In this document: piece after piece, positions 24,442 to 35,647 of the stretch
How positions within the stretch are numbered: position 1 is the first letter of the stretch
Layout of the letters: each line of letters begins with the position of its first letter
Assembly (NCBI GenBank): GCA_950097015.1
Contig: CATNEN010000001.1
Coordinates: 23,560,001 to 23,624,000 of the forward strand
From: Macrostomum hystrix
Lineage: Eukaryota; Animalia; Platyhelminthes
DNA: 64,000 nt
Reading direction: 5' to 3'
Translations under genes and position numbers: made by a program
Notes under the pieces: generated by a model
Told to the model about the DNA's origin: nothing
Databases searched by the model: none
What the model saw: the letters and a program-made list of their open reading frames with translations, nothing else

Positions 24442-26811
24442 CATGAGCTCATGCGGAGGTTGCTGAACTGCTGCTCAGGAGTGGCGCCAACGCCGACCTG
24501 CCACGCTGGGACTCCGGCGATACACCGTTACACATGGCGTCTGACAAGGGTCACATGGCGGTGGTGGACAAACTGGTTTCAGCTGGATCTGATGTCAATC
24601 TTGAGCAGGAGGCCGGCTGCACACCGATATACATGGCCGCCCAGAATGGCCACAGGCAAGTTGTTGATCGGCTGATCAATACAGGAGCCGATATCGACTG
24701 GCGATGTCGCACAAACGGAAACTCGGCTCTGCATGCAGCCACTCAAAATGGCCATATTCGCATTGTCTGCAGCCTGGTTAGAGCGGCTGTTAATGTGAAT
24801 CTCGCAAATCACAAGGGCGAGACAGCGTTACACTTTGCTGCTCAGAATGGCCAATTAAGGATCGTGAAGACACTTCTCAAAGCCGGAGCCGACGCCGGCG
24901 CTCGGGCAAGCAACGGCTGCTCGCCGATTCACACAGCAGCCCAAAATGGAAATCTGTCGGTAGTGAAAGCTCTGATTGCAGCCCAAGCCGATCTCAATGC
25001 CGTAGAGTTAGAGGGCGCCTCACCACTGTATATAGCAGCTCAGAACGGTCACCAAAAAGTGATTAAGACACTCGTCGAGGCACAAGCGATCGTCGATCAC
25101 CGACGACAAGATGGAGTCTCAACACTTTACATTGCCGCTCAGGAGGGACACCATGAGGTAGTGAGGCTCCTGGTGCGCCATGGAGCTGCCAGATTGAACA
25201 CGCGAACTGGAGCAGGCGAAATTCCGCTGCATATCGCCTCTCAGAGGGGTGATCACGTGACAATAAGCGAGCTTCTGTGGGCAGCCAAAGGCAGCAAGGT
25301 TGATTTGCTGCAAAAAGACGGCTGCTCCTCGCTCTACCTAGCGGCACAGTTCGGCCACCGAAAAGTTGTCGAAGTTCTCTTGAAAACATCAGCGGATGTG
25401 AACTTAGGAAGAATGACAACGGGACAAGGACCCCTTCACGTAGCTGCAGTAAATAATTGTTCGGAAGTTGCGAAAGTGCTTGTCCGCGGATTCGCCGATG
25501 TTTCTGCAAGAGACCGAGGTGGACGGACTCCACTGGACTTGGCAAGACAATTAAAGCACAGGAGTCTCATTGAGGTGCTTGAAAGTGCAGCCGGAGTGAC
25601 TTCAACCCGTAATGAACAGTTTTCTGGGCTTTCTGACTCAAGCAGCACAGTGGCATCTAATTTAAGTGCTTCTGGATCAGGGTGAGAACTTAGAATCATG
25701 TTCCAAGTGTTAGGTTCTAAGTTACACACGAAATGGTTATTTTACAAACCTCCTCTTCATCAATATCTATACTTTCAGCTACTCTGAAATCAGCAGACAA
25801 CTACACGAAGCTCTTGAATTAGCGGGGTTTGTGCAGTTCCAAGCAGCGCTTCAGAGTTCATGCGCAGATGCTCTGCAGCGCATTTTAAGGCAAAGACTCA
25901 GAAGTGAGGAAGTCTTCATCGTTGGCAGCTATTCAGAAGGCTGGGGAAACAGCCTGATCCACCTGGACGGTAGAACTGATCCGGAGTCCGACATTGATGT
26001 AATGCAGCTAATACAGGGAAGGATTTACCACCTCAAGGGAGTCTGCCAGTGCAGCGAACCAGACCAAGAGCTAGTAGTGGAGTACTCAAATGGACACATA
26101 ATCTGCAGTGGATACGGTAAGCCAACTTATTTGAATATTAAAAACTATTTAGGAATGTCTCAAAAACTCTGAGCTACAACTGCAAGCGACTTCTTAAACT
26201 GCAGCGTCGAGTCCCGCCAGGCCCGAGAACGGCTCTGCGCTGAGACCAGCCGTCGACCGCGTGAGCGCATGCCGTCTCTGCTGCTACCCTCCTATCGGGC
26301 CGCTGCAGCCTCAGCGAGTGGCCCAGTCACACATTCCTCAGTCGGTGCTGCAGTCGCTCAGTCGTGAGGTGGAAGCCTCGCTCTGCCACGTGGTTCACGC
26401 AGCTCCTCCGGGACAGACCGGCAAGCAGCTCCGGGTGAGCACCACCTTCCTGGAGAGGCGTCTGCTGCGGAGCCTCAGCACCCTGCAGGGCCAGCTGTTC
26501 GTCACGCTCAAGTTCCTTGTGAAGAAGGTGATTGGTCGACGAGTTCAAGGTCTGAAGGCGTATCACGCAAAGACAGTGACATTTCGCATGCTCGAGGAGA
26601 CACCGGCTGAACACTGGCGTCCGGAGAATCTGATGAGTCTCGTCCGCCAATCGCTGCAGATGTTGCTGGACTGTGTGGAGGGCAGCTGCGGCGCTGACAA
26701 CGTCGATGGTCGAATCATGGAGCACTTCTTCCTGATCGATGCTGGGCTTTATCTGAAAGGAGCAGATCGGAGCGACTCTGAGAAGATCGTTGAAGTACTT
26801 CGAGACGTAAT
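21259..26811. repeat. 600-bp near-perfect inverted repeat (21259..21858 and 26212..26811) inside the two cGLR catalytic exons
   Basis: Reverse-complement identity by eye with one synonymous mismatch noticed (26663); the flanking paralogous sequence is clearly diverged. Confidence 0.9.
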
Positions 26812-27646
26812 GTACGAGCTGCCTCAACTTCTCATTAGGTTCAAGGAGAGTCTTCAGAAAATCGATAATGGCAGTGCATTCCACTTTCATCCATTTCTGA
26901 TTCTTCCAGAAATTGATCCTATGTTTTCTGCAGGGCTTCGCTACACAGACTATTACAATATCTATGACATTGTGAGGGACTCTTTTTACCATATGTCTGA
27001 GTCAAGCAGCGCGGGGTCTCTAGGCTCCGTGTTACAAGTGATCGAACAGCTTCCAGACTGTGCCAATTTAGCGCGAGTTTGTCTCATTGCAATGGCTTAT
27101 CTGAAGTTTGGCAATCGTGAGGCGGCAATCAAGGTGCTTTCCGATAGCCCGCGGCACACGGTGCGAAGAGGTGTTAAGAGATTCACTGGAGGAAACAATG
27201 AAAATTCTGCCGAATCCGCTGTGTTTTCCCAGCTACTTGACAGCGACCTCGCCTGGCGGTTCAGCTTGATGTACCTCAGAAGGCCGGACCTCTCGCACAC
27301 CGTACCAAAGCACCTGGCCGAGTGGTTTCCGCTGCGAATGGAGAACTACGATGCCTTCTATTACGTGAATTTCGATGCACTTCGTATCTGTCTGGCTTGC
27401 GAGCTCCTCCCGCATCCGGAAGAAGTTCTCAAGCCCTGGCTTGTCGAGCTCCTGCAGCGTGACGATGCAGATGTTCTGGAGCTGCTGACAGCTCTGCACT
27501 ATTGCCGGGATGCAAGTCTGACGAAGACAATCATTGAGAAGTTTCGACAGGGCATTCTTGACAGCGAGTTAGCAAGCAGCGAGCTGCAAAGAGTCATAGA
27601 GCGACAGCTGACGGGCTTGAACGAGGCTGGCAACTCGACTGAATGA
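24447..27646 (+). CDS. Ankyrin-repeat (about 11) + Mab-21/cGAS-like nucleotidyltransferase (ANK-cGLR B); join(~24447..25681,25779..26116,26205..27646)
   Basis: Equivalent intron placement and the same phases as copy A; IVGSYSEGWGNS...ESDIDVM motif. The frame begins mid-ankyrin (HAEVAELLL); first ATG is at 24534. Confidence 0.85.
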
Positions 27647-28611
27647 AAGACCGATAAAATGACAATAGACTAGAACTAATTACCTTCTTTATGATATATT
27701 TTAATTAATGGCTTTAAGTAATAGATATTCCTCGGTGCTACTCATCAGTAGGAAAGAAAGATTATGCATTAAATTACGTAAATAATCGTTATAACTTTAA
27801 ATTCCTCAAGTCTGAACAGAATACATAGCAGAAGTGTTGCAATAGTCAGGGCTCTAATACGAAAAGTGCGAGCGTACTTTTAAGTGCGAGCTTAGCCATG
27901 GCATCAAGGAGATTGGGATTCGTTCAGAGGCAGCAATGATCAGCAGAGTGGAAGAGGACATGGGAAGTGATTGATGATCCCAGAACGATTGTTTGTGTGC
28001 CTCTATCGCCATTTTCCTCTCTCCCGATTTGCCAGACTCTGACTGAAATGTCCAACAAGTTTGTGTCCTTCGCTTTCCATCGCTCTCTTTCTCTCGTTCC
28101 ATTTCAGCAGGGAAGTAGAGGAGGGCAGAAGACGCGTTCAAAGAAATTCCAGCCCTCCCAGTCGCCGCTTTGGTCCTCAATCTTTAGTATCCTCCATTCT
28201 CAGTACTTGGGCTTTAATCAATCAAGCGAAGCAGCTTCACTGCGGAGCTCTGCAGCCTCACTCTCTGTTTCTGAGCTGCTTCTTCTGCCTCTGAGCAGTT
28301 TCTGCAGGCAGGGGGGGCATTAGCACTTCAAGTATTACCGTTGCCTGCAGGCGTTGAGGCGGATTTGAGCAGAAAACTCAGCGCCTTTGATACTGTTGAT
28401 ATCGACTCGAAGATTGGGATAAGTTTGATTCTCCTTGCAGCTACAGGTTTAAATGCTTGAGAAAACTTCTAAAGCATTCCTTCTTGAATAACCGATATAT
28501 TGTGGTCTCTACAATGGTGTACTTTATATTAAAGTACACCACGAAACACAGGCAAAACTTTCTGAATTTCACACCTGATGATTTTTTATTAGGCTTGTGC
28601 TGCGATGGTAC

Positions 28612-28902
28612 GAATCCTAGTGCGGTCTCTGCTACGATTCTTTGGTTTGGTTTCCTATCATTCTCCTGAAGCCGCAAGTGGATTGAATCCTAGTGCGGTC
28701 TCTGCTACGATTCTTTGGTTTGGTTTCCTATCATTCTCCTGAAGCCGCAAGTGGATTGAATCCTAGTGCGGTCTCTGCTAAGATTCTTTGGTTTGGTTTC
28801 CTATCATTCTCCTGAAGCCGCAAGTGGATTGAATCCTAGTGCGGTCTCTGCTACGATTCTTTGGTTTGGTTTCCTATCATTCTCCTGAAGCCGCAAGTGG
28901 AT
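28612..28902 (+). repeat. 73-bp tandem repeat, 4 copies
   Basis: Units start at 28612, 28685, 28758 and 28831. Confidence 0.95.
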
Positions 28903-29277
28903 CGAAGAAACTGAGCAAAGTTTTTTCTCAAACTTTTTTCTGTTGCTCAGTTTTTTTCTGATTGAGCTGTGAGACGTGTTTTGAGTTCACGCGCCAGCAG
29001 CAGCTGCTGCTGCTGCTACTGTTGCTGTCACCACAGCTGCTGCTCAGTAGAAGCTCATTTTTCGGTTGAATGAGTGTTTAGTGGGAACTAAATCATAAGC
29101 GAGAATGAATTCAAGCTACTGCTTGCTTTCTAAACGTTTTTACTGCAAAAAGCTCTTGCATACGATCATCGCTCATCGTGTCAAGAAACGAAGTCGCGAA
29201 AGGGATCGAATGGCATTACCAACGATGTGAAATTTCGATCTCGTGAAGCGCCAACCACCCTAATTATTTTGGCAAAA

Positions 29278-29590
29278 GCATTTGCTGTAGCGGTTTCACG
29301 GGCTCGTCTCTCACAGCAAGGTCCCTGAGCTCGATTCCGCAGCGAGGCCACATTCATTTGGGCTGCAGCCGCGGAGTGAAGGCTTGTGGGCTTGTCGTGC
29401 AATTTGCGTCCATAAGGACCAAGCACCAAGGCACAGTGGAAGTGTACACACTGCCTGACGATGAAAAACTCTGGGTAAATGTACACACCTGTTTGAATGT
29501 GTACCTGTGTAACGTATCCGTGTGAGCATGTGTACTCAGGGATCAGAGGATAGTGCAGAATGGCCTCCTTTTTGGCTGCGGTTCTGTACT
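29278..29590 (+). mobile_element. SINE family A, diverged copy in opposite orientation
   Basis: AGCTCGATTCCGCAGCGAGGCCACATT...CTGCCTGACGATGAAAA... aligns to the reverse complement of the 16863 copy. Confidence 0.7.
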
Positions 29591-32447
29591 GTCAGATTAG
29601 ATAAAGACTATACTGTCAGATTAGATACAGATACAGATGTTGGACATTGTGATTACTATGCATTTATTTAAAGGCTTGGAATAGACGAAAGATTTGAAAG
29701 CGATAATGCTTTTCCAAAGCTGAAGGAAGATGTTTACACAGGGTGAGCAAATATGCCGAATTGGCACAGAGGAGAATATTGTTAGCTGGCTGGCAGCAAT
29801 GCCCACCTGATTGGCGATTGGTCAGGAACGAAAATGGGCTGCATGTGTTCAATAGGGGAGAGAAAGGGAAGAGAGCGAGGGGAAATATCCGAGGATAAAA
29901 AAAGTGAAGCCGGAGTCGCCACGCCTTCCATCTGTCAGTTTGGGTCTGGCGGCAGCGTTCTGCTGGAGATTCCGGGACATTATTCAAGAATGCCAGTCTA
30001 GCCGCGCTCAACCTGCTGCGGAGGAGCAGACACGAGGAAGACAAGCAGCTTGAAGAGGAAGAATTTCATTCTGCCGCTTTTCCCTTGGTGTTTCCTTGCC
30101 GCCTTACAAGACAATTTCCGCAGTGAGCTGGAACCAGTCGCAGCTCAAGGGAGCAAATTTAAAAAGTGCAATAGAATCCAAGAAGAGGACGGCAGAACTC
30201 AGAGTGAAGGCCCGAACAAGTGAGCACCGACAGAAAATCTTCGAGGACTCGATCAGAGCAGCTCTGAGGTCCTTGCCGGGCCACTTTTAACTCGGTGAGT
30301 GGCTCTTTGAATGCCGGGGCCTCTGGCGGCTGACAGACTAAAAAGACTTGGCAAATTTTACTTAACACTAACATGATTAAAGGTCTATGCAGGTGAAGCT
30401 TTCCTGGAAAGTCTGCACTCGAGCTTTGTACTAATATATATTCGATTAACCCCGTCCACTCATAAAAATCTGATATTTCAATCAAATTAATGAGTAGTTT
30501 GAAGGGGCTGAGCGGTGCCGTCTGTCGAACCAATGTGCAATTGGTTCATTTTTACGCCCATGAGGGCCAACCTCCAAGGCACAGTGACAGCGATTGAACT
30601 GGTTTACTATCAATAGTTAATTGCTTAAAGCAATGAATAGTTAAAATCTTCTACTAACTCAGCAATTAGATGCAAATAGTGTTTTTCTGTCTGCAACAGC
30701 AGCAGCAGCGGCATCGTCAGCATTCCTCAAAGAATGCAGCAGTTTTTCTCAGTCACCCAACCCTCGGGGCAACTGCGGCAAAAGTCAAGGTCGGAGAGTG
30801 GCCCACTAATTTAATCTTCCCAGGGCACGTCTCCGCAAGTCTCAGGACGAAATTCCCGTTGGTAAGTGGGTCCGAAAGTGTGCCAGAGGTCCCATCCTAT
30901 TCTCTCCGCGCCCTGAAAACCTCATCGCAGATCCCACAGACTGGCAGCTGTGGGGAAAAGTTCAAGCACCGAGCCGGTTCTTTCCGAATTCTGTCTGTCT
31001 GTCTTGGCCAGTTTCCCAGCTCGGATGGGGGAGCAGTGCACGCCTGGCTGGGCTGGGGCAAGTTTTCCCATGAAGCCAAGGAGCTTGTCCGCGGGAAAAA
31101 ATGAGGGGATAAATATAAGGACTGGCGCAGTTTGTAGCACTGCACAGGGTGCGCGGGGGATCGGAACAGTCGCTGGGGAGGGCCGCGCCGCCGACTTATG
31201 CTTTTTTCATTCGCAATGTCCCCTGAGATGCATGAGCTACGGTCTCTGGGTTATCAGTGAGTGACTTCGCCGTGGGAAGCGACGACTCTGACTGGCGTGG
31301 GGAAATCTGATACCCGACGTGTCTCCACACGCCAAGCGGTGGGATTCACAGCTGTAGGAAGACAGAGAGAGAGAGGATCCCATGTGGAGTACGAGCTTGA
31401 GAAGGCCGAGGTGGACATGTCAGACTTGTTTGCCCAGACCTTTCCATGTCATTATTTCGCAAAAGTGGAAAAACTTCAACTGCTCCGACAATTGTGGCCA
31501 TTGTATTTAGGGGCTAAATTGGATGTACAAAGACTTAGTTGGTCTGAGCTTGTAGCCTAGGGGCTCAAGCTTCGGACGTCTGTCTGACAGGTCGGGAGTT
31601 CGAATATCTCCCCAAAGGGAAGTAGTTTTTATCCAAGAGAAAGATTCTTTAAATTTCTTAAAGCTTCAGTTAACTTAGCATCAGCGAGGGGGTTCCGATC
31701 CCCAGTCCATAGACTGTACAACTGTACACAACCTTTGGAAGCAATACGGAATAGCTGCTGCTGTGCCAATGACTGTACACCTGGCCCAACTGGGCTATGA
31801 GTACTTTGTAACTAAATACTTCATCTATGAATCAGTATAACTTAAATTAATTTGACAACAAGCAGCATGCACGTGTTGTGGCATCAGAGGTGTGCCATTT
31901 GCACAGCTGAATCGGGGCGTTAATCTATTTCGAACTGAGAAATTTCAGCCAGTTGCAGTCCAGTGCTGTAGGGCATCCGCATCTTCCAGTGGTGAGCAGA
32001 ACTGTGCGGCCTGTCCCAACTGCTTACTGCTTTTTCTGAGTTCTCGGGCCATGTTCTCAGCTAGGTGTCCACCCCAGCCCCAATCCCTGAGCAGCCTCCA
32101 TTTAATTATCTACTGTGTCACCAGCCGCTGAGCAGCTGTCTCTGCCCGCACTGCTAGCCGGCTGGGAGAGTGAGAGAGAGTGCTCGCAGGACATGCAGAG
32201 AATAATGTGGGCCCGCTGCCCCTAGGCCTAGGCCGCCATGATGACGGATCGCGACTGTTTTAGTCAATAAATTTGGGAATGCTTCTCATGAAGCCCGGAA
32301 TTGAGCAAGGAAATGAGACAGCTGCGAGGCGGACTGAGGGGCTGCTCTGCACCGCCCGATAATTGAGATTGATATCAAATTTCGCGAAATAAATTGACGC
32401 TCAAATGACGAAAATATTGATGATCGTCATGCGATAGTACGCGATGG

Positions 32448-35400
32448 CAGAGAGACACCCACACAGAACAGAGACACCCACACAGAACAGAGACACCCAC
32501 ACAGAACAGAGACACCCACACAGAACAGAGACACCCACACAGAACAGAGACACCCACACAGAACAGAGACACCCACACAGAACAGAGACACCCACACAGA
32601 ACAGAGACACCCACACAGAACAGAGAGACACCCACACAGAACAGAGACACCCACACAGAACAGAGACACCCACACAGAACAGAGAGACACCCACACAGAA
32701 CAGAGAGACACCCACACAGAACAGAGACACCCACACAGAACAGAGACACCCACACAGAACAGAGAGACACCCACACAGAACAGAGAGACACCCACACAGA
32801 ACAGAGAGACACCCACACAGAACAGAGAGACACCCACACAGAACAGAGAGACACCCACACAGAACAGAGAGACACCCACACAGAACAGAGACACCCACAC
32901 AGAACAGAGACACCCACACAGAACAGAGACACCCACACAGAACAGAGACACCCACACAGAACAGAGAGACACCCACACAGAACAGAGACACCCACACAGA
33001 ACAGAGACACCCACACAGAACAGAGACACCCACACAGAACAGAGACACCCACACAGAACAGAGACACCCACACAGAACAGAGACACCCACACAGAACAGA
33101 GACACCCACACAGAACAGAGACACCCACACAGAACAGAGACACCCACACAGAACAGAGACACCCACACAGAACAGAGACACCCACACAGAACAGAGAGAC
33201 ACCCACACAGAACAGAGACACCCACACAGAACAGAGACACCCACACAGAACAGAAACACCCACACAGAACAGAGACACCCACACAGAACAGAGACACCCA
33301 CACAGAACAGAGACACCCACACAGAACAGAGACACCCACACAGAACAGAGACACCCACACAGAACAGAGACACCCACACAGAACAGAGAGACACCCACAC
33401 AGAACAGAGACACCCACACAGAACAGAGACACCCACACAGAACAGAGACACCCACACAGAACAGAGACACCCACACAGAACAGAGAGACACCCACACAGA
33501 ACAGAGACACCCACACAGAACAGAGACACCCACACAGAACAGAGAGACACCCACACAGAACAGAGACACCCACACAGAACAGAGACACCCACACAGAACA
33601 GAGACACCCACACAGAACAGAGACACCCACACAGAACAGAGAGACACCCACACAGAACAGAGACACCCACACAGAACAGAGAGACACCCACACAGAACAG
33701 AGACACCCACACAGAACAGAGACACCCACACAGAACAGAGACACCCACACAGAACAGAGACACCCACACAGAACAGAGAGACACCCACACAGAACAGAGA
33801 CACCCACACAGAACAGAGAGACACCCACACAGAACAGAGACACCCACACAGAACAGAGACACCCACACAGAACAGAGACACCCACACAGAACAGAGACAC
33901 CCACACAGAACAGAGACACCCACACAGAACAGAGACACCCACACAGAACAGAGACACCCACACAGAACAGAGACACCCACACAGAACAGAGACACCCACA
34001 CAGAACAGAGACACCCACACAGAACAGAGACACCCACACAGAACAGAGACACCCACACAGAACAGAGACACCCACACAGAACAGAGACACCCACACAGAA
34101 CAGAGACACCCACACAGAACAGAGAGACACCCACACAGAACAGAGACACCCACACAGAACAGAGACACCCACACAGAACAGAGACACCCAAACAGAACAG
34201 AGACACCCACACAGAACAGAGAGACACCCACACAGAACAGAGACACCCACACAGAACAGAGAGACACCCACACAGAACAGAGACACCCACACAGAACAGA
34301 GACACCCACACAGAACAGAGACACCCACACAGAACAGAGACACCCACACAGAACAGAGAGACACCCACACAGAACAGAGACACCCACACAGAACAGAGAC
34401 ACCCACACAGAACAGAGACACCCACACAGAACAGAGACACCCACACAGAACAGAGAGACACCCACACAGAACAGAGACACCCACACAGAACAGAGAGACA
34501 CCCACACAGAACAGAGACACCCACACAGAACAGAGACACCCACACAGAACAGAGACACCCACACAGAACAGAGACACCCACACAGAACAGAGACACCCAC
34601 ACAGAACAGAGAGACACCCACACAGAACAGAGACAACCCACACAGAACAGAGACACCCACACAGAACAGAGACACCCCACAGACAGACACCCACACAGAA
34701 CAGAGACACCCACACAGAACAGAGACACCCACACAGAACAGAGACACCCACACAGAACAGAGACACCCACACAGAACAGAGACACCCACACAGAACAGAG
34801 ACACCCACACAGAACAGAGACACCCACACAGAATAGAGACACCCACACAGAACAGAGACACCCACACAGAACAGAGACACCCACACAGAACAGAGACACC
34901 CACACAGAACAGAGACACCCACACAGAACAGAGACACCCACACAGAACAGAGACACCCACACAGAACAGAGACACCCACACAGAACAGAGACACCCACAC
35001 AGAACAGAGACACCCACACAGAACAGAGAGACACCCACATAGAACAGAGACACCCACACAGAACAGAGAGACACCCACACAGAACAGAGAGACACCCACA
35101 CAGAACAGAGAGACACCCACACAGAACAGAGACACCCAGGCATTGACAGAAAGACACCCAGACAGAACAGAAAGACACCCACACAGAACAGAAAGACACC
35201 CACACAGAACAGAAAGACACCCATACGGAACAGGAAGACACCCATACAGAACAGGAAGACACCCATGCAGAACAGAAAGACCAGGCATTGACAGAAAGAC
35301 ACCCAGGCATTGACAGAAAGACACCCAGGCATTGACAGAAAGACACCCAGGCATTGACAGAAAGACACCCAGGCATTGACAGAAAGACACCCAGACAGAA

Positions 35401-35510
35401 CAGAAAGACACCCAGAAACGGCTGAAAGACACCCAGAAACGGCTGAAAGACACCCAGAACAGGCAGACAGACACCCAGAACAGGCAGACAGACACACAGA
35501 ACAGGGAGCC
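32448..35510 (+). repeat. About 3-kb 20/22-bp satellite (CAGAGACACCCACACAGAAC), degenerating at its right end
   Basis: Directly visible; unit length varies by one GA dinucleotide. It produces spurious long ORFs on both strands. Confidence 0.97.
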
Positions 35511-35647
35511 ACTGAGTACGCAGACAGATACAAAAGATCTACAAAGCTTCTATTAAATGTTGCATCTCAATAATTGATTCCAGCAAGAAGTTGAATCGCA
35601 GCTATCGTGGAGGACAAATCAAGCGATCATTAATTCAGCCCGTTTTC

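Noticed and set aside
28905-28958. Short hairpin (AAACTGAGCAA/TTGCTCAGTTT) as a pre-miRNA
   Set aside because: The stem is too short and low in complexity; no supporting evidence.
32375-35533. 900-1050-aa ORFs on both strands
   Set aside because: Artefacts of a stop-free 20/22-bp satellite.
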